Part shown: one piece after another, positions 30,836 to 40,806 of the stretch
Layout of the letters: each line of letters begins with the position of its first letter
Position numbering within the stretch: the first letter of the stretch is position 1
Source of the DNA: an uncultured Maribacter sp.
GTDB lineage: Bacteria; Bacteroidota; Bacteroidia; Flavobacteriales; Flavobacteriaceae
Reading direction: 5' to 3'
NCBI GenBank assembly: GCA_964554895.1
Contig: CAZKQM010000002.1
Location: 576 to 64,575, forward strand
DNA length: 64,000 bases
Position numbers and translations under genes: made by a program
Notes under the pieces: model-generated
The model's database searches: none
What the model saw: the letters and a program-made list of their open reading frames with translations, nothing else
Told to the model about the DNA's origin: nothing

Positions 30836-31150
30836 CTTTTTTGATTCAGAAAATTGTAAAATACTTTGGCGTAGATTTTTAATTCCGTTTTCCATTCCTG
30901 CTTCAGACGAATATGAGAGGCTATTACCAATCAGTTCGCCATTTATATTTTTCAATCGAAATTGAAAATCTCCACCATGGTTAGTGGTTCTTTCGAATCT
31001 TGTTCTAGGATGATGAGCAGCTAAATGTTCAATCATAGTATTCAATTCCGCCTCACTTTTAAATTTCACACTGTTCATTAATGTGCGACCTTTTTCTGTT
31101 TTGAATTTGAAAATAAACTGATTTTCTCTTTCTTTTTGTATTTCAATCAT
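30830..31150 (-). CDS. YegP/DUF1508 family protein
   Basis: Two repeats; FQFRLKNINGELIGNSLSYSSEAGMENGI. Confidence 0.8.
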   Translation of the reverse strand: MIEIQKERENQFIFKFKTEKGRTLMNSVKFKSEAELNTMIEHLAAHHPRTRFERTTNHGGDFQFRLKNINGELIGNSLSYSSEAGMENGIKNLRQSILQFSESKKL

Positions 31151-31335
31151 AGTAAAATGATTTATTATTTTAATATGTTATTGGCTTGTAACCCCTGTAA
31201 ATAATGGCGCTATGACACTTTTTGTGCTTACTCAAGTGTATTAGTCATAATTTTCTTCAAATTTCCCTTAAAATTTAGTTAAAAAATAATAAATTGCAGC
31301 TACTATAAATTTAAATGTTTTAAACACTGACACAA

Positions 31336-32436
31336 ATGAAAAAACTTTTATTCTTTTTCGCGGTAATGACCGCAACGATCACAATGGCTCAGGAATTACC
31401 AACTAATCCTGAACCAGGAAAATGTTATGTACGTTGTACTACACCTGACGTTTACGTTAATGAAACGGTAACATTAACGATAAAACCAGCTTACAAGGTT
31501 TTAAAAACTGTTCCAGCTACTTTTAAAACAGTAACTGAGAGAGTTGAAGTAAAAGCTGCTGGTAAAGAGTTGACTGTTGTTCCCGAAAAATGGGGTACTG
31601 AAACAGTAAGCTATGTTTCTAAAGAAGGTGGTAACACCTTAAGAATCACTCCTGCTTCTTTTGGTACAGGTTCAGAAACAATTGAAGTAAAGCCAGCTTA
31701 TGCTCAATGGGAGCTTGGTGCTGCTGCACCTGATTGTGCTTCTGGTAATCCAGACGATTGTAGATACTGGTGTTACAAAGGGTATCCTGCTGAGTTTACA
31801 ACAATTCAAACTACTACCTTAGCTAATAATGCTTCTGTTTCTAAGACGCCAATTGGTTCAAAAAATAGTAGTTATACTAAAAGAGTTCTTTTAGAGCCTG
31901 CTAAAGTTGTAGAAAGAGTTATTCCTGCTCAATACAAAGAGATTACAAAAACAGTTTTAGATAGAGATGCTTACACTACAGAAGAGACTGTACCTGCAGT
32001 AACAAAAACTGTAACAAGAGAAGTATTGAAAGAAAAAGGTGGATTAACTACATGGAAAGAAGTTGAATGTTCTTTAGTTGAGTACCAAGCTTTACCTATT
32101 AGCTGGAATTCAGGAAGCTCAACCTTAACGGCACAAGCTAAAAGTATTATTGATACACGTTTAATGCCTGTTTTACAGCAAAACCCAGGTGTGAAAGTTG
32201 AATTGGCTTCTCACACTGATTCTCAAGGTGGTTCTGCTTCAAACCAAGCTTTGTCTGAAAGAAGAGCAAAGGCTGTTGCTGATTACCTAATTTCTAAAGG
32301 TGTTAATTCTAGTCTTTTAGTTGCTAACGGATACGGAGAGACTAAATTATTAAACAGATGTAGAGATGGTGTTTCTTGTACTGCAAGAGAGCATGCTGCA
32401 AATAGAAGAACTCAATTTAGATTAATCAACAACTAA
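31336..32436 (+). CDS. Exported protein with C-terminal OmpA-type peptidoglycan-binding domain and repetitive N-terminal stalk
   Basis: SHTDSQG...NQALSERRAKAVADYL...GYGE...NRRT; eight 23-aa repeats upstream. Confidence 0.88.
   Translation: MKKLLFFFAVMTATITMAQELPTNPEPGKCYVRCTTPDVYVNETVTLTIKPAYKVLKTVPATFKTVTERVEVKAAGKELTVVPEKWGTETVSYVSKEGGNTLRITPASFGTGSETIEVKPAYAQWELGAAAPDCASGNPDDCRYWCYKGYPAEFTTIQTTTLANNASVSKTPIGSKNSSYTKRVLLEPAKVVERVIPAQYKEITKTVLDRDAYTTEETVPAVTKTVTREVLKEKGGLTTWKEVECSLVEYQALPISWNSGSSTLTAQAKSIIDTRLMPVLQQNPGVKVELASHTDSQGGSASNQALSERRAKAVADYLISKGVNSSLLVANGYGETKLLNRCRDGVSCTAREHAANRRTQFRLINN
31441..32058 (+). repeat. Protein-level 23-aa repeats: 4 copies, Cys-rich turn, 4 copies
   Basis: TPDVYVNETVTLTIKPAYKVLKT / VPATFKTVTERVEVKAAGKELTV / VPEKWG... 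/ TPASFG..., turn with CASGNPDDCRYWC, then YPAEFT... / IGSKNS... / IPAQYK... / VPAVTK... Confidence 0.8.
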
Positions 32437-32458
32437 ATTAAGTAAACAACCAACCAAG

Positions 32459-32491
32459 AAAAAAGGGCTTTTCAAATTGAAAAGCCCTTTT
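32459..32491. terminator. Bidirectional intrinsic terminator
   Basis: aaaaagggcttttcaa/ttgaaaagcccttttt. Confidence 0.88.
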
Positions 32492-32510
32492 TAATTTATT
32501 TCATTTCAAA

Positions 32511-32972
32511 CTAAATAGCTTGATGCTTTTTAAGTAAATCTAAATGATATCCTACCTCGCCATTCATGCTATAACCAGAGTATGAGCCAAGCTCAACGCC
32601 ATTAGGCGAAAGAATCTTTAATAATGGTACTGCACCTCTTTTATTCAATTTTGCAGAAAGTCCCTTATTATATTGCAGTTGCTCTGCAGAAATTAAATCT
32701 TTATTCATGGGTATATCAATATAAAGCAACACATAACTATCAGAGATTGTTTTAAATTCTGTAGATTCAAATAAATCTTTCTTCAGCATCTTACACGGTG
32801 CGCACCAGTCGCTACCAGTAAAATAGACCAATACATTTTTACGTTCTTTTGTCGCATTTTTAAGGGCTTTTTCGTAGTTAGTCAACCATGCGCTATTGCT
32901 TACTACTGATTTTTCAGCTTGAGCAAAAAATAGTGTGGGAACTAAAAGAACTAGAAAGATTAAATTTTTCAT
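32511..32972 (-). CDS. Exported thioredoxin-family protein
   Basis: FTGSDWCAPC; signal peptide from ATG 32972. Confidence 0.88.
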   Translation of the reverse strand: MKNLIFLVLLVPTLFFAQAEKSVVSNSAWLTNYEKALKNATKERKNVLVYFTGSDWCAPCKMLKKDLFESTEFKTISDSYVLLYIDIPMNKDLISAEQLQYNKGLSAKLNKRGAVPLLKILSPNGVELGSYSGYSMNGEVGYHLDLLKKHQAI

Positions 32973-32995
32973 CGATTTTGGTTTTATAGTTAGTA

Positions 32996-33010
32996 GCAAG
33001 AAACTTGCCA
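32996..33010 (-). promoter_or_regulatory. Sigma54 (-24/-12) promoter for the thioredoxin gene
   Basis: Minus strand TGGCAA-GTTTC-TTGC, with correct GG-N10-GC spacing. Confidence 0.65.
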
Positions 33011-33082
33011 AAGTATACGAGGGTTAGTATCCTACTAACGTTAGTATTCTGATTTTTAGTATTATTAATTTGAAATGTACAA

Positions 33083-33406
33083 TTAAAAAAGGTTGTCCAT
33101 ACCCGGAATATTGGGCATTCCTTCTTTAGCTACAGCAGCCAATTTGGTTTCATTGTATTGCGTTGCTTTTTCAATGGCTTTATTCAAAGTCAAGATTAAA
33201 TAATCTTCAAGCTGTTCAGCGTCTTTCAAGAGTCGCTCATCAATTTCTATTTTTTTAAGCTGTCTGTTGGCTGTAATTGATACTTTAAGTAGTAGGTCTG
33301 ATGAGTTTTCATCTAGAACTATAACGTCCATTTCTTTTTTTGTTGCCGCAACTTTTTGTTGGGTTTCTTTAAGTTTTCCCATCATACCCATCATATCTCT
33401 AAACAT
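33083..33406 (-). CDS. ybaB: YbaB/EbfC nucleoid-associated protein
   Basis: [12 protein letters not shown]...LKVSITAN...[18 protein letters not shown]...MPNIPGM. Confidence 0.85.
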   Translation of the reverse strand: MFRDMMGMMGKLKETQQKVAATKKEMDVIVLDENSSDLLLKVSITANRQLKKIEIDERLLKDAEQLEDYLILTLNKAIEKATQYNETKLAAVAKEGMPNIPGMDNLF

Positions 33407-33478
33407 TGTAATTATATTTTATGTTTACAGATGTAAAATTAGTAAATTGTTTGGAGTAATAGTATATAACCACGCCTA

Positions 33479-35602
33479 ATGAAAATATTTAGAATCTTTA
33501 TAGGACTAAGTCTTATTTTTGCCGTTTCATGTCAAAACCAAAAAACTGAAATGAAAAATATAGATGCCCCAGTAGCAAAAAAAAATCCGAAAGAACTCAT
33601 TGCTCATGATGACAAAAGGATTGATGATTACTATTGGATGAATGATCGTGAAGATCAAGAAGTAATCGATCATTTAAATAGTGAGAATGCGTATTACTCA
33701 AAAATGACTGAGCATACCAAAGAGCTACAAACAAGCTTATTTCAAGAAATGAAGTCTAGAATTAAAGAAGACGATTCTTCTGTACCCTTTAAGCAAAACG
33801 GTTATTGGTACCTTACACGATTTGAAATAGGAAAAGAATATCCTATTTATTCTAGAAAAAGAGGAAGTTTAGATGCAGATGAAGAAATTTTATTTGATTG
33901 TAATGAACTTGCCAAGGGGCATGAATATTTTCGTTTAGGAGGTTTCGCAATTAGCCCTGATAATAAATTGGCTGCTTTTTCTGTTGATACCGTTTCAAGA
34001 AGAAAATACACGCTTCAAATTAAAAACCTTGAAACTGGAGTTGTTTTAGATGATAAGGTAGATAATACTACCGGTAATTCAGTTTGGGCAGATGATAATC
34101 AAACCATTTATTACAGTAAGAAAGATGAAGTTACTTTGCGCTCAGATAAAATATTTAGGCATAAAATAGGAGTATCAAAAGATGATGTAGTGTTTCATGA
34201 AAAGGATGAAACATTTAGCGTCTATGTGAATAAGTCTAAATCAAAGAAATATATCATTATTGGTTCTTACAGCACCCTAACAACAGAATTTAGAACCTTA
34301 AGAGCTAATAATCCTGATGGTAATTTTGATATTTTTTCGCCCAGAACCAGAGGCTTAGAGTATGATATTGCTCATTTTGAAAATGATTTTTACATTTTAA
34401 CTAATAAAGATGGGGCTACTAATTTCAAGTTAATGAAAGCAGCTGAAGGAGCTACTGGGTCTGAAAACTGGAAAGAATTTATACCGCATCGCAAAGATGT
34501 TTTATTACATGGTATTGAAATTTTTAAAAACTACTATGTTATTTCTGAGCGCAGCAATGGTTTAAATAAGTTAAAAATAACAAAGTGGAATGGGGGAGAG
34601 AGTTATTACTTGCCGTTCACAAGCGAAACTTATGATGCTTATGCCAGTACAAACCCTGATTTTGACTCTGAAATTCTCAGATATTCGTATACCTCAATGA
34701 ATACTCCGCGTTCAGTAATCGATTTTAATATGACTACTAAAGCTTCTGAAATTATGAAAGAACAGGCTGTGCTTGATGCTAATTTTGATAAAGCTAATTA
34801 TGTTGAAAAAAGAGTTTGGGCAAATGCCCGAGATGGTGTAAAAGTCCCTATGTCTATTGTATATCATAAGAATACTAAATTAACAAACAAAACACCCATT
34901 TTACAGTACGCCTACGGTTCTTATGGGGCAACTATAGACCCATATTTTTCTTCGGTGCGTTTGAGCTTGCTTGATAGAGGATTTGTTTTCGCCATTGCAC
35001 ATATTCGAGGAGGTCAATATTTAGGTCGCCCGTGGTATGAAGATGGTAAATTATTTAAAAAGAAAAATACGTTTACTGATTTTGTTGATTGTTCTAAATT
35101 TCTAATTTCAGAAGGTTATACCAGTTCAGAGCACTTATATGCAATGGGTGGTTCAGCAGGAGGCCTTTTAATGGGTGCTGTTATAAATATGGCTCCTGAA
35201 TTGTATAATGGGGTAGTTGCAAGTGTACCTTTTGTTGACGTGATTACGACCATGCTTGATGACAGTATACCTTTAACAACGGGAGAATACGACGAATGGG
35301 GTAACCCCAATGAAAAGGAGTATTATGACTATATGAAATCATATTCGCCTTATGATAATGTAGTCGCTAAAAATTATCCGAATACTTTAGTGACGACTGG
35401 TTTACATGATTCTCAAGTACAATATTTTGAACCCGCAAAATGGGTGGCTAAATTAAGAGAATTAAAAACTGACAAAAATCTACTACTATTTGATATAAAT
35501 ATGGATGCTGGTCATGGCGGTTCTTCTGGTCGTTTTGAATCACTTAAAGAAGTGGCAAAAGAATATGCTTTTCTGCTTGATTTAGAGGGAATTACAGAAT
35601 AG
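33479..35602 (+). CDS. ptrB: Oligopeptidase B (S9A), probable lipoprotein
   Basis: GGSAGG, HDSQV and DAGHG catalytic triad; AVSC lipobox. Confidence 0.92.
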   Translation: MKIFRIFIGLSLIFAVSCQNQKTEMKNIDAPVAKKNPKELIAHDDKRIDDYYWMNDREDQEVIDHLNSENAYYSKMTEHTKELQTSLFQEMKSRIKEDDSSVPFKQNGYWYLTRFEIGKEYPIYSRKRGSLDADEEILFDCNELAKGHEYFRLGGFAISPDNKLAAFSVDTVSRRKYTLQIKNLETGVVLDDKVDNTTGNSVWADDNQTIYYSKKDEVTLRSDKIFRHKIGVSKDDVVFHEKDETFSVYVNKSKSKKYIIIGSYSTLTTEFRTLRANNPDGNFDIFSPRTRGLEYDIAHFENDFYILTNKDGATNFKLMKAAEGATGSENWKEFIPHRKDVLLHGIEIFKNYYVISERSNGLNKLKITKWNGGESYYLPFTSETYDAYASTNPDFDSEILRYSYTSMNTPRSVIDFNMTTKASEIMKEQAVLDANFDKANYVEKRVWANARDGVKVPMSIVYHKNTKLTNKTPILQYAYGSYGATIDPYFSSVRLSLLDRGFVFAIAHIRGGQYLGRPWYEDGKLFKKKNTFTDFVDCSKFLISEGYTSSEHLYAMGGSAGGLLMGAVINMAPELYNGVVASVPFVDVITTMLDDSIPLTTGEYDEWGNPNEKEYYDYMKSYSPYDNVVAKNYPNTLVTTGLHDSQVQYFEPAKWVAKLRELKTDKNLLLFDINMDAGHGGSSGRFESLKEVAKEYAFLLDLEGITE

Positions 35603-35671
35603 TTAAAAAAATAGTAATTTTACCGCCGAGAATGGAAAACCAAACCCCCATTCAGAATTTAGATTTTATAT

Positions 35672-36712
35672 ATGAAGAATAAAATCAATGCCTATAATAA
35701 TATTTCTGAATTAATAGGTAACACGCCTCTGGTCAAGTTGAATGCGGTAACCAAAGGAATGAAAGGAGCGTATTTTGCCAAAGTTGAGGCATTTAATCCT
35801 GGTCATTCTTCCAAAGATAGAATTGCTGCTCATATCATTGAAGAAGCTGAGTGTAAAGGCATATTAAAAGAAGGCAACACCATAATTGAAACAACATCAG
35901 GTAATACAGGTTTTAGCATTGCTATGGTTAGTATTATTAAAGGATATGATTGTATTTTGGCCGTGAGTTCAAAGTCATCAAATGATAAAATTGATATGTT
36001 GAGGTCAATGGGTGCAAAAGTTTACGTTTGTCCTGCTCATGTTAGTGCTGATGACCCAAGGTCATATTATCAGGTAGCAAAAAGGTTGCACGAAGAAACT
36101 AAAGGTTCAATCTATATCAACCAGTATTTTAATGAATTAAATACTGAAGCACATTACAAATCTACAGGTCCTGAAATTTGGGAACAAACCAACGGAAACA
36201 TTACTCATTTAGTTGCGTGTAGTGGTACAGGTGGAACCATTTCAGGTACTGCAAAGTATTTAAAAGAGCAAAATCCTGATATTAAGATTTTAGGAGTTGA
36301 TGCTTTTGGTTCTGTGCTTAAAAAATATCATGAAACAGGAGAATTAGATACCAATGAAATTTATCCGTACCGTATTGAAGGTTTGGGTAAAAACTTAATT
36401 CCTTCTGCTACTGATTTTAAGGTAATTGATAAATTTGTCAAGGTTACCGACGAGGCAAGTGCTCATACGGCACGTGAAATATCTAAATCAGAAGGTATAT
36501 TTGCTGGTTATACCAGTGGTGCCGTTATTCAAGCGGCAAAACAGTTTAGTGATGAAGGTGAGTTTACAAAAGATAGTAAGGTTGTTTTGATATTTCCTGA
36601 TCACGGTTCGCGTTATATGAGTAAAATTTATAGTGATAAATGGATGGAAGACCAAGGTTTTTTAAACAACAATTCGGTTGAAGAATCTCAACAAATTCAG
36701 CACATTCGATAA
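35672..36712 (+). CDS. capA: PLP-dependent cysteine synthase/CBS-family enzyme; probable cysteate synthase of sulfonolipid synthesis
   Basis: [34 protein letters not shown]; no CBS regulatory domains; directly upstream of an alpha-oxoamine synthase. Confidence 0.7.
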   Translation: MKNKINAYNNISELIGNTPLVKLNAVTKGMKGAYFAKVEAFNPGHSSKDRIAAHIIEEAECKGILKEGNTIIETTSGNTGFSIAMVSIIKGYDCILAVSSKSSNDKIDMLRSMGAKVYVCPAHVSADDPRSYYQVAKRLHEETKGSIYINQYFNELNTEAHYKSTGPEIWEQTNGNITHLVACSGTGGTISGTAKYLKEQNPDIKILGVDAFGSVLKKYHETGELDTNEIYPYRIEGLGKNLIPSATDFKVIDKFVKVTDEASAHTAREISKSEGIFAGYTSGAVIQAAKQFSDEGEFTKDSKVVLIFPDHGSRYMSKIYSDKWMEDQGFLNNNSVEESQQIQHIR

Positions 36713-36731
36713 TTATAAACAAATACGAAAT

Positions 36732-36770
36732 AAAAAAAGACAATAGCCCAAAGGGCTATTGTCTTTTTTT
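36732..36770 (+). terminator. Strong intrinsic terminator between capA and capB
   Basis: aaaaaaagacaatagccc-aaa-gggctattgtcttttttt perfect 18-bp stem including the A/T runs. Confidence 0.85.
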
Positions 36771-36840
36771 CTGCTTCAAAATCCATATTTTTGCATCGTA
36801 AATTGAATGTTTACACAATACGATATTAAAAAAGCGTTAG

Positions 36841-38100
36841 ATGAGAGATATTTTTGATAGAATTACTGAAAACAAAGGACCATTAGGTAAATGGGCTTCT
36901 CAAGCTGAAGGTTATTTTGTTTTTCCTAAACTTGAAGGACCTATTTCTAATAGGATGAAGTTTCAAGGTAAAGAAGTAATTACTTGGAGTATCAATGATT
37001 ATTTAGGATTAGCAAATTTACCTGAAATAAAAAAGATTGATGGCGATACGGCAGGAGAATACGGTGCGGCTTACCCAATGGGTGCTCGTATGATGAGTGG
37101 TCATACTGATTTTCACGAACAACTTGAACAAGAATGTGCAGCCTTTGTTGATAAAGAAGCTGCTTACTTGTTAAACTTTGGCTATCAAGGTTTCATGTCA
37201 GTTATTGACGCTTTAGTAACCAAAGATGATATCATTGTTTATGATGTAGATTGTCATGCCTGTATTATTGATGGGGTTAGGTTGCACATGGGTAAACGCT
37301 TTACTTTTATTCATAACAATGTTGAGAGTTTAGAAAAGAACTTAGAAAGAGCCACAAAAATGGCAGAACAGACCGGTGGTGGTATATTGGTTATTTCTGA
37401 AGGTGTTTTTGGAATGCGGGGTGAGCAAGGAATTTTAAAGGAAATTGTTGCGCTAAAAAGTAAATATAATTTTCGTTTACTTGTTGATGATGCGCACGGT
37501 TTTGGTACTTTAGGTAAAACAGGTGGTGGTGCAGGTCAAGAACAAGGGGTGCAAGATGATATCGATATTTATTTAGCAACTTTCGCTAAATCAATGGCAA
37601 GTATAGGGGCTTTTGTAGCAGCAGATCAAGAAATAATCAACTATCTAAAATATAACTTACGTTCTCAAATGTTTGCGAAGTCGTTGCCTATGACCTATGT
37701 AAAAGGAGCTTTGAAGCGATTAGACATGTTAAGAACGATGCCAGAGTTAAAAGATAAACTTTGGGAGAACGTAAACGCACTTCAAGATGGCCTAAAAGAA
37801 AGAGGTTTTGATATTGGTACTACCAGTAGTTGTGTGACGCCCGTTTATTTAAACGGAAGTATTCCTGAAGCAATGGCATTGGTAAAAGATTTGCGAGAAA
37901 ATCACGAAATTTTTTGTTCAATAGTGGTGTACCCAGTTATTCCTAAAGGATTGATTTTATTACGTTTAATTCCTACGGCCACACATACCTTAGAAGACGT
38001 TTCAATAACCCTAGATGCTTTTTCATCTATTAGAGAACGTTTGCAAAATGGAACTTATAAAAGGCTTTCAGCGCATGTCGCGGCAGCGATGGGAGAGTAG
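36841..38100 (+). CDS. capB: Alpha-oxoamine synthase family (SPT/AONS-like); probable cysteate C-fatty acyltransferase
   Basis: NDYLGLA, DCHACIIDG, EGVFGMRG, DDAHG, ATFAKS; N-terminus GPLGKWASQAEGYFVFPKLEG as I recall it from flavobacterial homologs; adjacent to the capA-like gene; TATTTTTG box at 36786-36793. Confidence 0.72.
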   Translation: MRDIFDRITENKGPLGKWASQAEGYFVFPKLEGPISNRMKFQGKEVITWSINDYLGLANLPEIKKIDGDTAGEYGAAYPMGARMMSGHTDFHEQLEQECAAFVDKEAAYLLNFGYQGFMSVIDALVTKDDIIVYDVDCHACIIDGVRLHMGKRFTFIHNNVESLEKNLERATKMAEQTGGGILVISEGVFGMRGEQGILKEIVALKSKYNFRLLVDDAHGFGTLGKTGGGAGQEQGVQDDIDIYLATFAKSMASIGAFVAADQEIINYLKYNLRSQMFAKSLPMTYVKGALKRLDMLRTMPELKDKLWENVNALQDGLKERGFDIGTTSSCVTPVYLNGSIPEAMALVKDLRENHEIFCSIVVYPVIPKGLILLRLIPTATHTLEDVSITLDAFSSIRERLQNGTYKRLSAHVAAAMGE

Positions 38101-38101
38101 G

Positions 38102-39223
38102 TTACGATAGATTTTTCTTGTACGTTCTTCTGCGCTTGTAAACTTGTGGGTCAAAATGTTTCCAAATTTGTTTGATAGCTATGTTCTCTTCTAATTCCGG
38201 GGTACGGTAACAGTACTCAATTCCATATTTTGAAAAGGTTTTGTAGTATTCATTAAATATTACAGCTGTAATTCCTTTATTTTGGTAGTCAGGATGTACC
38301 CCTATTAGGTAAAAAATAACATCTTTGCTTTTGTTTTTAGCCTTGAGTAAATGATAGATTCCAAACGGAAATAATTTTCCGTTTGCTTTTTGCATGGCCT
38401 TTGAGAATGAAGGTAAAACAATACCAAAACAGATGAGCTTTTCATTTTCATCAACGATAAATTTGATGTATTCTGGCTTTATAAGACTAATGAACTTTTT
38501 CTTAAAATAGTTCTTTTGAATATCAGTTATAGGAACAAATGAAGAAAGTGAGGCATAACTTTCATTAAATAAGTCGAACATTTCATCAGCCATACTCATA
38601 ACCTCTGAGGTAGTAGTCGGATTAATTGGGCTAACATTATATCGCTTTTTAACCATCTCATTTACCCGTTCAAAAAACTTTGGTTTTGCGTTTGAAAATG
38701 GAAATTTATTTTCCATATATTCTTTTTCTTTGACAAACCCTAAGCTTTCGTAATGCTTTTGGTAATAGGAATGATTATACCAACTAATCATGGTTCCTAT
38801 ATGATCAAAACCTTCAACGAGAACACCAACCTTATCTAGATTTGAAAAACCTACAGGGCCTTCCATAAATTCTAGGTTATTTTCTTTCCCTAAGGCTTCA
38901 ACTTTTGCTAATAAGCATTCTGAGACTTCAACGTCATCAATGAAATCAAACCAACCAAAACGCATTTTCTTTACGTTTTGTTGATTAATTTCAATGGCAT
39001 TAGTTATAGCGGCAATTCGTCCTACTATTTTGTCATCTTTATAGGCCAAAAAGAATCGTGCCTGCGCCGTTTTAAATGCTGGATTTTTTGTTTTATCAAA
39101 TGAATCTAATTCATCCTTAATAATGGGCGGCACCCAAAAAGAAGAATTTTTGTAAAGTGAAAATGGAAATTTTACAAACTTCTTTAATTCTGATTTTGTA
39201 ATCGCCTCTTTTAAGGTAACCAT
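38102..39223 (-). CDS. Tandem-GNAT (YghO / bacterial ceramide synthase-like) N-acyltransferase
   Basis: KFVKFPFSLY...WVPP...NPAF...FLAYK...VGRIAAI...RFGWFDFIDD...GPVGFS...GVLVEGF...YNHSYY; second GNAT motif IGVHPDYQNKGI. Confidence 0.7.
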   Translation of the reverse strand: MVTLKEAITKSELKKFVKFPFSLYKNSSFWVPPIIKDELDSFDKTKNPAFKTAQARFFLAYKDDKIVGRIAAITNAIEINQQNVKKMRFGWFDFIDDVEVSECLLAKVEALGKENNLEFMEGPVGFSNLDKVGVLVEGFDHIGTMISWYNHSYYQKHYESLGFVKEKEYMENKFPFSNAKPKFFERVNEMVKKRYNVSPINPTTTSEVMSMADEMFDLFNESYASLSSFVPITDIQKNYFKKKFISLIKPEYIKFIVDENEKLICFGIVLPSFSKAMQKANGKLFPFGIYHLLKAKNKSKDVIFYLIGVHPDYQNKGITAVIFNEYYKTFSKYGIEYCYRTPELEENIAIKQIWKHFDPQVYKRRRTYKKNLS

Positions 39224-39293
39224 TCTTTAGATTTTGATGGTCAATATTAGCGATATTAATCTTGCAATGAAAACAACTATGAGATTTTGTTAT

Positions 39294-40385
39294 CTAGAAT
39301 TCAATAACCCCGTCATCTTTCTTCTTTTTCTTTTTTCCTTTCTTTTTTCGTTTTTCTTCTTTTTTTAACTTTTTTAATTGCTTTTTTGACGGACCAAGGT
39401 CAATATCTTCAGCTCCTGAACCGCCATTTTTCTTTCTTTTTTTACGTTCCTCTTTGTCCTTATTTAGCATTTGATTTTTCTTAATGGGTTCGCCATTTTC
39501 TCCTGCTTTTTGATCTTCTATTGCAGGTGGGTCTGAGTGAAAATCAAAACGATAAGAACATCCGGCAGTAACAAATACTCTCGACGGTGTATTTTTAAGA
39601 CTAGCTCCTAAATTAAAGTCAGCTTGAAATAGATCATTAAATAGGTAGGCAATTCCGCCTCTAATTAAAGCATCAGCATAACGGTCACTTTGTATGCCTT
39701 GATGTTCAATAAAAGAACTCCATTTAGGGTTTCTAAAAGCATGAGATAACGAAACAATATAATTTAGTTCTGGAAAATCAGTAGTGATGCGGTCATACGC
39801 GAAATTTGTAATCAACACAAATCGAGGTGTTACTCTACTTTGAGTAGCTATCATCGCCCGGTAAGATAAGAGCGGGTCTCCCCTAAAAAGAGGATTGTCA
39901 AACAGGTTGAATGTGGCACCGACGTATACTGAAATAGAGGGTATTAAATTTTTTAATTGAAAGACATTGTTTTTACGCCAGCTATAGAAATCAGGTTTGT
40001 TTCTTTCGGCTGATTTGTAGCGATCATAAACTAAAAACTTTAATCCAATTCTATTTCTAGAAAAATTAAAAGTTGATTGATTGATCCCTGAATTTAAAAA
40101 ATCTTCAGATTTGTATTGAAAAGTTCCTTCCCAATTAATTTCAAGTTGCTCAAATAACAAACCATACCTTAGTGATAGGTCTGAGCCCAAAATATTGGCT
40201 TGACTGTTTAATAGAATGTGATCAGACTGCTCAAAACCAACTCCGGCTTCAATTTGTAAAACGTTTTTTCCAACGGCATAGGCGCTAACCGATAATCCTG
40301 GTCGGTTGGAGTTGATTACATCGGTATACTGAGAAAATGCTGCCCAAGAAATTAAGTAGATAAATAGTATAACAGTCTTCTTCAT
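39294..40385 (-). CDS. Outer-membrane beta-barrel 'transporter' (MetA-pathway-like family) with Lys-rich tail
   Basis: Signal peptide from ATG 40385; INSNRPG...VGKNVLQIEAG; barrel-like end GCSYRF followed by a long charged tail. Confidence 0.65.
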   Translation of the reverse strand: MKKTVILFIYLISWAAFSQYTDVINSNRPGLSVSAYAVGKNVLQIEAGVGFEQSDHILLNSQANILGSDLSLRYGLLFEQLEINWEGTFQYKSEDFLNSGINQSTFNFSRNRIGLKFLVYDRYKSAERNKPDFYSWRKNNVFQLKNLIPSISVYVGATFNLFDNPLFRGDPLLSYRAMIATQSRVTPRFVLITNFAYDRITTDFPELNYIVSLSHAFRNPKWSSFIEHQGIQSDRYADALIRGGIAYLFNDLFQADFNLGASLKNTPSRVFVTAGCSYRFDFHSDPPAIEDQKAGENGEPIKKNQMLNKDKEERKKRKKNGGSGAEDIDLGPSKKQLKKLKKEEKRKKKGKKKKKKDDGVIEF

Positions 40386-40512
40386 TGATAGTTTATATCG
40401 ACTATTGAGGCCCATAGTTGGTTTGACGAATTGATTTATCATTATTTTATGACAATTGCCATATCAATACAACGCAAGAATTGTATTTTTGATATGCACG
40501 TTATTAAATTAA

Positions 40513-40776
40513 ATGGGATTTTTAAAAATAATATTGGTGCTAATTATGATCTACTATCTTCTGAAGATAGTGGCCAAAATATTTGCGCCAAAAATTATTA
40601 ACTACGCAGCCAAAAAAACAGAAGCGCACTTTAAAGAAAAATTCGAAGGATTTCAAAGGGAACAAAGAAATACTAATCAGAAAGTGGGAGATGTAATCAT
40701 TAACAAAAAACCATATAAGAAAAACAAGACGACCAAAAAAGTTGGCGATTATATCGACTTCGAGGAAATTGATTAA
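40513..40776 (+). CDS. DUF4834-like small membrane protein
   Basis: N-terminal TM; C-terminal VGDYIDFEEID; TATTTTTG box at 40484-40491. Confidence 0.75.
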   Translation: MGFLKIILVLIMIYYLLKIVAKIFAPKIINYAAKKTEAHFKEKFEGFQREQRNTNQKVGDVIINKKPYKKNKTTKKVGDYIDFEEID

Positions 40777-40806
40777 TTTTATAATTGCTAACCACTAGTT
40801 ACTTTC

